A stretch of DNA of 63,468 bases, the filler included, from Intoshia linei (taxonomy: Eukaryota > Animalia > Orthonectida): NCBI GenBank assembly GCA_001642005.1. It is 5 parts of 5 records of this genome, joined end to end, with 100 filler letters (N's around TTAATTAATTAA, not from the genome) between each part and the next. Parts side by side here need not be neighbours in the genome. Positions count along the whole stretch, not along the records: positions 1 to 26,388 come from LWCA01000473.1; 4 more parts are not named here. One strand, written 5' to 3'. The position numbers were made by a program, and so were the translations under genes. The number at the start of each line of letters is the position of its first letter. Position 1 is the first letter of the stretch. The notes under the pieces are model-generated. The model did no database searches and was not told the origin of the DNA. It saw only the letters and a list, made by a program, of their open reading frames with translations. Below, piece after piece: positions 1 to 12,827 of the stretch.

Positions 1-184
1 GTGAAATCTTATCGGTGATATAGCGTTTCTAATCAATTGTATCAATAAAAACGATATACTTTTGTGAATCACCTAATGTCTTCACGGCCAAAACGTCAAA
101 TTACCCTTTTTTGCAAAATTAAGAAAGTCTTATAATGTTATGCAAAATAAATTCTGGAATGGTTTTTAAATTTTAAATTCATAC

Positions 185-1264
185 CTAAGGAAAAATCCCA
201 ATTTTACCAACCCTTAACGGAAAAATTGTCAGTATAAACACTAAAATGTCAGTAATAAAAATGTACTTTGTCAGTATTTAATTACATATTTGTCAGTTTT
301 TAATTGCTTTCTTGTCAGTACATAATTGTATTTGTGTCAGTAAATATATTAATTAGATCAGTATTCATCGAAAATTGTAAGTGACTCAACAAAAATGTAT
401 ATAGAAATAAACACATTTTATAAAATTAATATTTTGTCCGTAAAAAAATTAAATTGTAAGTTTGATGATTTTGGAGTGTTAGTATAAAAATTAGAAATAT
501 TCTATGGTGTTTACACCAGAGAATATTTTTTTGATGAGAACAAATAGAATGTAATTATGGCAATAGTGGAGTATTGTAATATATATGTTACAAAAGTATT
601 TTTTGTCAGTTTCAATTTATACAGAACATTCAATTTAAATACTGACAGTATATTTCAAGTACTGATAAAAATATTTTTTTTTACTGCCCTTCCAATTTAA
701 ATACTGACAATCTATTATTTATACTGACACCTTGTCAACTGGGACTTAAAACACTGACAATCCATTATATCAACTGAAAATTCAATATTTTTACTGACAA
801 ACCATCTAAAATACTAAAACTTTACGGATGAAAATACCTACGCGATAAATATTAGCTATTTTTAATACAAAAATTTTATTTTGTTTTAAAAAGTTTTTTG
901 TTTCATCATCAGTTTAAGTAAATATTAAATCGTTTATAATTTGTTTATCGATAATGTTTTTATTTGAGAACTTTATTTTGTTTTGTTTGTGATATTTAGT
1001 TTTTATGGGATATTCCGCAATTCTGTAAAACTGGATTTTTACCTTAAAGGTTTGTAAAACTAGAATTTTGCTTTTAGGGTTGGTAAAACTGGATTTTTTC
1101 TTATATGGTTGGTAAAACCGGATTTTTCCGTTAAAGGTTGATAAAACTAGAATTTTCCTTAAAAGTTGTTAAAACTAAATTTTTCCTGTTAGTGTTGCTA
1201 AATTTTGATTTTTAGTAAAAATGGTTTGATTTAAGTAAAAATGGTTGGATTTTAGTAGACACTC
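185..1264. mobile_element. Mutator-like foldback element, long copy with nested TGTCAGTA/TACTGACA inverted module
   Basis: ~29-bp AAAACTGGATTTTTCCYTTAARGGTTGGT arrays. Right tip ...TTGGATTTTAGTAGACACTC matches the family ACACCC end. Internal segments recur inverted at 11245-11390 and 27600-27720. Left tip is missing. Confidence 0.7.
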
Positions 1265-2554
1265 ATATTTTTATTACACGTTATAAATTAGTTGAAATAC
1301 ATAATATAATAATTAAATGTAATATAAATAATTATTTAGTTCATTCAATTATGATAACTACTGCGACAAGGATAAAATACTCTCTAAATGTCCATCGTTT
1401 TCATCATGTGACAACCAAGGAAAATTTGTACGGTACAATAGGACATTATACATTTTTCTGTTTACCTTTTTATCAACAATTTTTATTATTATTGCTGTAG
1501 CTGTTTTTATATTATATAAAAAACGAAAAAATTTTATATTTAATTTTAAAAACATTACCAAAAAAGAACCAGCTTTCAACATTGGAGATTAATATTTAAT
1601 TGTTTTAAATACTACATTTATTGTATAGATATAATAAATCTATTTTAGCACATGTACATTAAATTAAATTAATAATTAATATGTAAATAATAATTTTCAT
1701 TGTAATTTACAATTATCACTAATCACCTAAAATACCTGAAAGTACCTAAGAATACACCACATTCGAAAAAGTTTCACATTAAACTGTAAAACAAAACATA
1801 AATTCTCATTTCAAATATAAATTTTAACTTTTAATTAAAGTTAATTTTTCAACCTCTAGGTCCTAGATTCTAAGTCACAGCCAACATTCAAATTTTTCAT
1901 AAATATTATATTAAGAATTATCAAAGATGAGCAATTGAGTAATTATCTAAAATCTAACGTAAGTAAACGTAGATTCTTCATAAAAGGATTAGTAAAATTA
2001 GATTCTTCATAAAAAGGATGTACTTTTAAATGGCGTGGACGACTCGAATCATTATTTTATAAGAATGTTAATTCATACGAATATTTACACTGAAAAATCA
2101 ACAAATTATTTGTAGTAGGAAATTAAATTCTCTAATTATCTCAAAAATGCATTGTAAAAATACTATATCTTGTATTTTATCCTACACATTTTTGTTGAAA
2201 TTATGACTAAATTTTATAATTTTTGATATATACAATGACTAGTAAACAAAAAAAATGTAAATTTACAAATTCACAAAAATTGTATTTACTCAAATAAATT
2301 AAATCCTAACTTTTTAAAATTTAAATCTAATATTAAAATTATAAAATATCGACTACAGTATGTATTTGATTATTGACACTTGGTTTACAAAATAAATATT
2401 TAAACGGTAAATACAAAATTTACTACTTTTCACTAGATAGTGCGCATTTCTTAAATTTAATAATTTATAATTTAAAACAAATTAAAAATGTATGTCTGAA
2501 AATCTTAATCAACCTATATTCTTTATCAAAGTACTCTAAATTAAATTTAATCTA

Positions 2555-3558
2555 ATGTCTGAAAACTTGGAATTCTTGGACAGTCTCATTGAACAAGATA
2601 TCAATTTCCAGAAAACTTATAAAAATAATTTATTCAAATGTGTTAAAATTGGTATACCTATGAACGATACAAGTTTATTTTATGAAAATTTATCTATTGA
2701 TATTTTAGCAAATATGGCGATGGAGGATGATGGTTTCTTTTAATTATTTTTAAATAAAAATATTTTCTCTCCAGTTCGCTAATATTGGGAACCTCAACAT
2801 GTCATTTACATATACTAATAAATAATTAATTATTTAAAATTCATAACTTCAAAACTTGTATAAATGAAAGTTATTAAAATACATATATACTTTTTATAAA
2901 CTTTTATGGCGATATAGAGTAGGGATGAGTAACAATGGGATAATTTTTTTTATATTTTATTTTTATCATGCAGTCATTTTACGCGTGTGTGTGTTCAGCT
3001 TTATTTAAATAACTACCCGTCTTAGAATTTTATAAAGTCCGTAATTCAATTACATTTTTTTCTTCGGGGGAAATAATAAGATAAATTTCAACCTCCCAAA
3101 CTTACAGGTCAAAAACCCCAATTGTCCTTTTTTTGAAAATCAAACGAGTTGGAGAATTTAAAAAAAAATATATGCTGATACAAATTTTAAAATCATAAAC
3201 ATTATCATAAATTTAAATTTAAAAAAATTTAATAAACTTAATAATTAATAATTTAGAAAACATTGTAAGACCCTCATCAGTGAATTTAAATCTTAAAAAT
3301 GATACTTGGAAACCTCCTAAACATCGTCGGACTGCCAGCGAAGATATTCGAAAATTATCGATTGAGCAGAGGAATGAAAGGAGGCGTGCTCAAAGTAGAA
3401 CCGCTTCAAGAAATTATAGACAACGTAAAAAAACGGATAAAGTAAAAATACAGAGCAAAGTTGTAGATTTACAAAAAGAACTTACCTTGATTCAATTTAG
3501 ATTAGACAAAACTTTAAAAGTTTGTGATTTTTTAAAAAATACGATCAGTAATAAATGA
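2555..3558 (+). CDS. Small bZIP transcription factor (~159 aa, 2 exons: 2555-2732, 3257-3558)
   Basis: Basic region ERRRAQSRTASRNYRQRKK followed by a heptad zipper. A phase-1 GT..AG intron joins the two ORFs in frame. Confidence 0.7.
2975..3235 (+). mobile_element. Non-autonomous Helitron fragment (GT-microsatellite family)
   Basis: GTGTGTGT...TTTATTTAAATAACTACCCGTCTTAGAATTTTATAAAGTCC block shared with copies at 6104, 13255, 53470 and 59820. Confidence 0.65.
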
Positions 3559-3785
3559 ATCAAATTATTCTTTCTAATACTTATGTAGAATGGTATAATG
3601 TAATTCAATGTATAAGTTATGTGTATTATTAAAAGTTTTTTAATTTGAATTATTTCATTTCACGGATATTTTCAATAAATTTTTAATATAAATTATTTTG
3701 GAAATGTAAACATATTTATCTTTTTCGTCATGTACATAATATGTACTACTTATTTATTTAAGTATCTAAATTTGTTAATATTAAA

Positions 3786-4400
3786 TCCTTTACTTTATTT
3801 ACTAAATTTATATAAAATTGAATGTCTGTGTGTTACCGTTTATTATAAAAATTAACAATTCTAGAAATTAAAAATAGTCAAAATTTTAATACAGTTTTTC
3901 GCAGTCATGTTTTGATCTCTATTTCATTTTCCGATAATGAGACTCCAGGGTCAAAACCCCAATTTTCAACCCAAAAATTTAAAAAACATAAATTCTAGGA
4001 TGCGTTTTATAATAATTAACATTGTCGTAAATTTCACCATCAGAAACGTACATCTTCATGGTCAAAATCACAAATAACCTTTTTTTATAAATTATAAAGT
4101 CCTAAAATTTTATAAAACATAAATTCTGGGATGGTTTTTAAATACATAAGCATTACCATAAATGACAACTTCAAAACCGTTAAAAGTTTTTATTTTCACG
4201 ATCAAAGCCCTATATTAACTTTTTTTAAAAAATGAAAATAGTCCCAGATCTATTTAATGATTACAGCTCATACACTATCTCATCCAGTTAACATAAACAA
4301 AAAAATTTAATCTCACAAAGTGACGCTTTCACGGTCAAAAAAGCTCTTTTTTATTCTTATTTTTTTCAATACTATTTTTTACTAATATTCCTAGTATTAA
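3786..4400 (+). mobile_element. Non-autonomous Helitron (TCCTTTACTT..AAAATTGAATGTCTGTGTG subfamily), 5' part
   Basis: A|TC start. The same 5' end occurs at 37850 and 57033, and the 57033 copy ends in CTAG|T. Confidence 0.6.
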
Positions 4401-4855
4401 AAAAAGATAATTCAGATACAGTTTATTCCAGTAGATTTAGATACAAAATATCAACCTCAAAAATAAGATACGGGTACTTTATATCCAATTTATATATTTG
4501 TAATAATACATTTTTTGAAATTATTAATTATAAGTACATAAAATTTAGTCAATAATTTCAAAATTCACATTATAATAATTACTACCATATAGATTTGTAT
4601 AATACAAAACTATGTTGCATTCAAAATTTATATATAAATATCTTAAAAAATCAATATTTATCATTATAAATGTATAAAATTAAAACGACGACATGAGTGA
4701 GTTAATTATTTGGTATTGAATTCAACATAATTTTTAGTAAAATACAATACATTTTGCCAAAATTGATTTAAAAAATGATTGATTATTTTTAAAATGTAAT
4801 TAATATTGTTGTACAAAAATATAACAGGTTATTCATATTTAAAAAAAATTTACCA

Positions 4856-7800
4856 ATGAATTTTAATATTTACATAATTGTATTGCTTCATTTAACAAGT
4901 AGTAGATTTAATAATTTCGATAATAATACAACATGGTTCACATCTAATTGTAATTCAAATTTAATTGTGCATTGGTCAGTTGAATACAAGAATACCATGA
5001 AAGTGGTTACATTTAAACTTGAATCAAAATCAAATTTTTTTTCAATGGGTCTAGCATCAAAATGTTCAAATATTAACATGTTTTCCATTTTAAAATTTCA
5101 TTTTTTCAATACCAATCTATTTGAAAAACAAAATTTGCATATTTTTCAAGTTTACTGGATTATATTCCATTTTTCATCTAAACGACAAATTGATAAAAAG
5201 GTTATTTTTAAATTTATTTAAAAGTAAAATTTTTTTTACCTTTTTCAAATATTTGTTCGTTTTTTATTAACAAATAAGAGTGATTGTATTTATATATAAT
5301 TTGATTGTTAATTAATATTTACAGGAATACTTTGAAATTGAAAAAAAAAGTGACACTAAAATTATATCGAGTAATTTGGATATTGTATCAATTCAAGACT
5401 ATTATGTAACAAAAAAATATTTTAACAAAAATTATGTTGTCCTATTTCAAATCAATCTTGATGAACTCGATCCCAATTTCGATAGTAAAGTAATTAATAT
5501 CGATTTATTATCATAATATAAATTATGCCAGTGTTCGCCAAAGGGTGGTTTGAGACATAAAAATTTTTTTAGATATGAGAGTAATAGTTAACGCAAGTGC
5601 AAGCCAAAGTTTTAATAGGGTAGTGCTGCAAAAACGTTTAGCAGAACTAATCGTTCTCTAGTCGACCTTAAATAAAATTAGATACCTTAAAATAATTTGC
5701 AAACGATGCGTAATGTCATACAACCCCTACACTATCATTTAACATATCTAAGGGACTTGACAGCCAATGCAAATTTTCCACACAAAAAAATCAACCGATA
5801 ATATTAAAATATATAATCTTTTTTATATGCTCAATATGAAAAAATGAGGCCAATTTAACAAATTTTTATCGAGACCCGGGGATGTGGCTTCTGGTATTAT
5901 AGGTTCGACGTTGTGTAAATTAGTGGGTATATAAGAATTGATAATACATGTTGGTACTTTCTACAAATTTTTACCGATTGCCTCTGTAAAAAATTAAAAA
6001 CCAATAAAATAGAGCAGATGTGGGGAAAGTGTAGCCTTATTGACGATTTGGTGCGGCCTTCTGAACCATTTTAATTATTTTTCATTTAAAATTATTTTAT
6101 TTATCCTTACTTATATAATATGCCACGCGATTTTTATTTGTGTGTGTGTATGTTCCACTTTATTGAACAAACTACCAGTCTTAAAATTTTATAAAGTCCA
6201 CATTTCAATTACAGTTTTTTTCGAAACATATAATAAGATAAATTTCAACCTCCCAAACTTACGTCTAACGGGTCAAAAACCCCAATCGTCTTTTTTTTTG
6301 ATAATCAAAAGAGTTGGAAAATTTAAAAAAATGTAGACGCTGATACGGATTTTACAATCATAAACATTACCATAAATTTAAATTTAAAAAAATTATATTT
6401 TCAGGGCCAAAACCCCAAATTACCCTTATTTTAATAATGAAAACAGCCATATAATTTAAAAAAATTTACAGGTGGTACAGTTGTATCCTGTTAACACACA
6501 TAAAATCTTTTCATTTCTCAAAATTACTTTCTTACGTCTTCACAATCAAAAAAACACTTTTATAATTAAAATATTTTAAATATCTTACCATATTTATCAA
6601 CAGGTTTTTAGGAAAATTTTTTTTCGCATATTTAAAGATGGTTTAGGGAAATTTTTTGTACCATATTTTAAAGAGGATTTAAGGGGAATTTTCTTTTTAA
6701 CATAATTTCAAGGGGCTTTTAGGTAATTTTTAGGGAACCCTGAAATGTACTCTAATGAAAAGATTTACAAAAAATATTTCTCAGCCTAATGTATATTTTG
6801 AATTATATTTATAATTTAATTAGAACGGCACACAAATGTTAAGAACATTTCAAATATCAAAATTAAGCCAAATAGGTACAAAAAAACAAATTTGTTGTTC
6901 GGTAAATTTTATTTTTTTATATTAAACTAGACAGTTATTATATATTGTTTCTTGGTACAAACAGCAGCAAGCTCTACCGAGGGCGAACTTTTTTACTTAT
7001 ATCAAAAAAATAAACTTACTATATTTATGAAATAAATAAAATTTAACTTTTAATTTCAAACATATTTGATATGAAGAATTTTAAATTTTACATTGTATAA
7101 TACATTTTATTTATAAAAATTTATTTGATGCGCAACGATTTGTTCGACCATGCCGGATCAATTAGATTATTTGACAAAAATTATCTAATATAATGTATTT
7201 GTAATGTAGATTCAGCTGGTTAAAAGTCAATTGAATAACTACGTATATAAAAACCTTGAAAAATATGAAACTTTTCGAATTACAGCCTCGCACGTATTAA
7301 TTATTGTTGAGAATATAATTAAACCCAACCATTTTTACTAAAAATCCCCTTTTACTACCATTTAATGGAAAAAATAAGTTTTACTAAACCTTAAGGGAAA
7401 TTCTGTAATTCTGTAAAACTGTATTTTTCCCTTTAAAGGTTGGTAAAACTAGAATTTTTCCTAAAGGAGTTTGAAAACCGAATTTTTCCTTTTAGGGTTG
7501 GTAAAACTGGAATTTTCCCTAAAGGGTTTTTAAAACTACATTTTTCTTTATAAAATTAGTAAAACTAGATTTTTATTTTAAAGGTTGTTATTACTGAATT
7601 TTTGCATTTAAATTTTTATTTGTATTTTTGTTAGTAAATATGGTTGGATTTTAGCAGACACCCATTATTTTTTATATCATATAAAAATTATACATTGATA
7701 TTTCAGACACTTGTACCTAAAAATTCTACAATATATTGGTGCAAATTGGTGGAATTACCTTTCAAACACGAAATTAATATAATAGGGGTAATAATATAAT

Positions 7801-10800
7801 AATTATAATTATAAAAAGTTATTAGCAAACGTTCAATAAAAAAAATATATAAAAATAATCAAACATTATTTTTAATTTGTTTTATTGATTTTTAAAAAAA
7901 TTGCTTTTAAAATAAATTATCCAAATTTTTTAAAGACAGCGAAAAGACGGAAAAAATTAATTTTATTAAAAAAAACCGATACAATTGAGTGTCCAATTTT
8001 TATTTTATTTTTATAAATTACATTTAACAGTACGAACCTTCATTGTCTACAAAACTACCACATCATATTCAAGTATATGAATGCAATAAAAGTCTAATTA
8101 AAAATTTGGATTATAAAATCTCGTGTAATAATCCGTACAATTATACATCAGAAAAACAAATTTGTTCAACCGTATTTGCAGCTTGGGCTATTGGTTCGAA
8201 TGTAATTTAGAATTGTTAATATACTTTAATTATAAATTTACTAAACCATAGGGAATAATATACATTAACGGAACAGCACGTAAATTAAACCAAGAAAACA
8301 AAATTTATTGGATAGAAATACACTACAATAATCCTACTTTACAAGGTAAGTTTAATAAAAAATTATTAAAAATTAAATTAAGACCAAATGGATGATTCTG
8401 GTTTGAAATTTTATTATACACCAGTCATTAATGGTAAATTGACAAAAATGGTTAATTGTATGAAAACGAATATACAAAATCTTTTTATTGATGAATATAC
8501 AAATATTGGAATACTGGAAATAGGATTAACATATGTCGATAACTATTTAATACCACCAAACTCTGATAATTGGAGTTGGACAGCATCTTGCTTATCTTCG
8601 TGTACACAAAATGTAAAAAATATATACAATACTTAGTTTTACAATGATTTAATTTTATTTAGAATTTTCCTAAAACAGGAATATGGGTTTTTGCGGCGCA
8701 GCTTCATAGTCATAATTTGGGAGTTTCCATTGAAATTAATGTTTATAGAAATGGGAAATTTCTAAAAAGTTTAATGGTTGATAACAATTATACCAGCAAA
8801 TTCCAAGATATTAGATATTTAAACAAATTGGAGCATTTATTACCGGTTTTTATTGGGACTAATATAAATATTTATATTTATGTATTTATATTTATTATTT
8901 ATATATACAATGTATCAGCGTTTTACGACTATAGACCTCGAAAAATCAAAAAATAATTTGTAAAAAAATATGAAAGATTGTCCAATTATATTATAAAAAA
9001 ACTAGTTTGAATGTTATGTACTACGTACAAACAGGACCTAGCTCTGCCGAAGGCAAATAATCCAATAATTGTAAAATTTTCATCAATTTTTCAATTTTTA
9101 ATAAAAATTTTATTGTATTAACAGAGGTACCAAGGTGTGGAAAATTGTTGGCAAATAATAAAGGTTCAGTTTTTCATAAATTATTTCCCATATTTTTTTT
9201 TAAATCTTTTTAATAGAATCTATACTATTCAATGAATAGTATTCATTTTATAAGAATATCTAATTGAAAAAGGGTGTCTACTTAAATCCAAGCATTTTTA
9301 CCAAAAGCTAACTATTTTTACTTAAATCCAATAATTTTTACTAAAAATCAAAAATTACCAACCTTTTAGGGAAAATTGCTGTTTTACCAATCATTAAAAG
9401 AAAAATCAGTTTTACCAAAGCTTTAGGGAAAATTCCAGTTTTACTAACCCTAATAGGAAAAATGCAGTTAAGGTTTTAACCTTTTAGGATTGGTAAAAAG
9501 CGATTTTTCGTTTTAGGGTTTGTAAAAGTTGATTATTCCTTTAAGGTTTGGTTAAACTGCATTTTTCCCTGAAGGGTATGTAAAATTGGAATTTTCACTT
9601 AACCCATTAGTGACCGACACCCTCTATACTTTGGTCAAACATTATGATTTTCGAAATGTGTTATTTAAATATGCATATTTAAATATGTGTAAAATTTCTA
9701 AGGTTTTGAGATACTAGAACTGGGTAAACTGGGAATGACTACATATGTAGTCATTGGCCGCTAACCGAAAAACAACATTAATAAGTCCAAAATATGTCGA
9801 TAATTCGGTAAATAACTTTAGTTATATATATTTTGATATTCATTATGACTCAAAATTAAAATTTAACCAATAGGAGTAAGTGTCAATAGCAATAGCTATT
9901 TAAAGAAGTTTATATTCAATATTTGTAACGACAAAATTAATTTGATGATTTGATTGGATGACAAAATTATTTGATTATTTTAACTTTTTCGAAATGTAAT
10001 TAACAAAATTTAATTATTACAGTCAAAAGCATTAAAATAAAATTTTATTATTCAAATTTTGAATGATAATTTTGAAAACAAGTATTAATGTGTAAGGCTT
10101 TTTGGCATTTATTGCATTTTATGCGACAATTCTTTTTACACAGAATACACCTTCTTGGTTGAATACTAATAGGTACATGGTCGACTGCATCAAATCGAGA
10201 TGNTTTTGAAAACAAGTATTAATGTGTAAGGCTTTTTGGCATTTATTGCATTTTATGCGACAATTCTTTTTACACAGAATACACCTTCTTGGTTAAATAC
10301 TAATAGGTACATGGTTGACTGCATCAAATCGAGATGAAATCGATACTGTTAACTGAGGCCCTGTAGTTTGGCGAGGAAATGATGTAGTAATTGCAGCAAG
10401 AACTACGCTTCTTCGAAATTGTAATTGAGGCATTTTACATTGATGAATCATTTGGTACATACGCCATGCGTAAACCATTAGAACATTAATGCCATGGATC
10501 ATTAGAGAGAAATACCACTTCTTAGCTCTAATCAAGGGTCGATAATCCGAAGCCACTCTGTCTGTCACCACATCTGAAATTTAAGGTGTTTAAAGATAAA
10601 GTATATTCTTGGCTATAAGAAAAATATCTACTTGTTTCATTCCATCAAGTATTTTTCAAGGTACAATATGAAACATGAATGACTACATATGTAGTTATCG
10701 GTCACTAATGGGTTAAGGGTTGGTAAAACTGATTTTTTTATTTTAGAATTGGTAAGACCGAATTTTTCCTAAAGAGTTGATACAAGTAAGTTTTTTACTT

Positions 10801-12827
10801 AAGGGTTTGTGAAAATGAAATTTACCATAAATAGGTTGTAAAGTGGGTTTTTCATTTAAGGTTTTGTAAAAGTGGATTTATAATAAAAATGGTTGGGTTT
10901 AAGAATATTATCATTCAAAAAGATAAAATTATAAATTGGTGTCGCCTTAACCATTTTAACCATAATCCAACTATTTTTACTAAGATCTAACTAACTAACT
11001 AAGATTTTTTACAAAAAATCAAAATTTACCAAATCTTAAGGAAAAATCTAGTTTTATCACCTTTAAAACGAAAATTCCAGTATTAACAATTTTTTGGATA
11101 AAAATCCAGTTTTACCAACTCTTTAAGAAAAATTCGCATTTTACCTACCTTTAAATGAGAAATGGGAAAAATGCAGTTTAACCAACCCTTAAGGGATTAA
11201 TCCACTTTGACCAATCCTAAAAGGTAAAATCCAATTTTATCGATTTGCAGAGTTTTCCACAAAAATTTATTATCACAAAGAAAACAAAGTAAAGTTCTTA
11301 AATAGAAGAATTATCGATTAACAGATGTTATATCCACTATAACACTTACTAAAACTGTTGATCAAAAAAATAAAACTTTTTAAAACAAAATTATAAAAAA
11401 TTATAAAAAATTTATTAATTCTAGATTATTCCCTTAAAAGTTGTTAAATGTGGATTTTTCCCTTAAGGGTTTGTAAAAGTGGATGTTTAGTAAAAATGGT
11501 TTGATTTAAGAATATTTTCATTATAACTATTTTGTTAAATTATACTTTAATTATATTAATCTATAAATATGTGGAGTGGGATCCAATTTATACATCATAC
11601 ATGTATTTGGTGTTTTTTTTGTGTCAAACGCTGATATAAATAATAAATTTAAACAATTTTAACCTATAGGGCGATGAAATTAGAATAACGTGCTATTACA
11701 ATAGTATTGATAAAAACGTTTATACATGGGTAATTTAAATTTTTACTTATATAAAATTAAATATCTGTGTGTGATACCGTTTATTTATTTATATTATATA
11801 TATATATATATTTATTTATATTATTATTTAAAAATTTAGGTTTAGACCAATCATTTTCAACGTTGGGCGTGCGCCCCACCGGTGGGGCTTGTGAAAATTT
11901 GGTTGGGCTTTAAAAATTTTAGAAAAAAAAATAATTAATTAGTTATGATTGATAACTTATCAATGATTTCTATTGTTACAAATTCATTGATAAACTCAAT
12001 TTTTATTAAAATTTAAATATATTTTTAGAGGTATTTTTACATGCGTTTTTGATTACATTGCATATTTTTGATAGACTAAAAATATTTACACCAAACTCAA
12101 AAATCACAAATTAATTCGGTTTAATGTATGTTATATTTAGGTATATTAAATTTTAATTTAACCTTTTACCCCAGTTTGTTGCGCAGCAATATACATATAT
12201 GTATATACATAAAAAATTCTGTTAGGACACTACATGGAAATATTTGTTACAAATTATGTTTGGGGGTAGAAATTTCGTAAGGATAAAAGAGAGGCATGAA
12301 ACTAAAAAGGTTAGGAACCACTGGTTTAGACCTATTAGAAAACACTGGTTAAAAATTTTAATAAAAAAATTTATTTATTAGAGATTAATTAAAAATATCA
12401 TAGAGTGGACAATCTTCCATGGATGAAATGTGCATTAGTTATTTGCACTATTACCCAAAAATTAATTTGGCACAATGTAAAAGTTTCATTAATCAAAATT
12501 TCTTGGAGTACATTCACAATTATTTTTCAATGTAAATTTTATAAATAAAATGATTATATAAATATGCTAGCATATAAATAATCAGGAGTTTATCCGGTTA
12601 ATGAATCCGGTCTTTTTATTATATTTTTTGTATTTTTTATCAGTTTCTATTAAATTGGCGTCATAACAAAAAAAATAGGAGAAACACTGATTTATAGCTA
12701 AAATTAAGAGAAAAAATTTAGAAGTAAAGAAAATAAATATTCAGCTAATAAAAACGACATCATTTTTTATTTAAAAGAAATTTACACTGGAAAAGTTAGC
12801 GTACCAATGGAAGAACAATGCCTTTAA
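4856..12827 (+). CDS. Copper type II ascorbate-dependent monooxygenase (dopamine/tyramine beta-hydroxylase or MOXD1-like), ~12 exons
   Basis: Signal peptide plus a DOMON-like first exon. Spliced motifs: TIYWCKL (7708-7787), PHHIQVYEC and FAAWAIG (8031-8201), IEIHYNNP, DDSGLKFYYTP, GILEIG, AQLHSHNLG, DNNY..FQ, GDEIRITCYYNS (11670-11729), DEMCISYLHYYP (12404-12531). Last exon 12722-12827. Confidence 0.9.
6104..6560 (+). mobile_element. Non-autonomous Helitron, 5' part
   Basis: A|TCCTTACTTATATAATATG start, GT microsatellite, internal GGTCAAAACCCCAAAT subrepeats. Confidence 0.7.
7309..7663. mobile_element. Mutator-like foldback MITE
   Basis: Tips GAGAATA.. and ..GACACCC. Inner inverted repeat TTAAA(C/T)CCAACCATTTTTACTA. 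9-bp TSD ATTATTGTT/ATTATTTTT. Confidence 0.8.
9272..10912. mobile_element. Mutator-like foldback element carrying a nested piggyBac
   Basis: Tips GGGTGTCTAC.. and ..AAGAATATTATC. TSD ATTGAAAAA/ATTCAAAAA. Opposed 29-bp arrays. Confidence 0.8.
9603..10712 (-). mobile_element. Internally deleted piggyBac element
   Basis: TTAA on both sides and a 15-bp TIR CCCATTAGTGACCGA. Minus strand encodes a transposase C-terminus (KKWY..NAW-like, FRR) and a Cys-rich domain (CILCKKNCRIKCNKC..H..CF..YH). Confidence 0.9.
10937..11519. mobile_element. Mutator-like foldback element
   Basis: Tips (T/G)GGTGTC.. and ..AAGAATATTTTC. TSD ATTATAAAT/ATTATAACT. Confidence 0.75.
11848..12323. mobile_element. hAT (Buster/Charlie-type) MITE
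   Basis: Perfect 8-bp TSD GTTTAGAC. Ends CAATCATTTTCAAC / GTTAGGAACCACTG. Confidence 0.8.

Noticed and set aside
1020-1200. Regular ~29-bp repeats resembling a CRISPR array (also 7390-7600, 9350-9600, 16430-16840)
   Set aside because: Degenerate tandem units without unique spacers, located inside transposons; no cas genes; eukaryotic context.
10071-10335. ~132-bp tandem duplication separated by a single N
   Set aside because: Overlapping contig ends or haplotypes with two SNPs; an assembly artefact.
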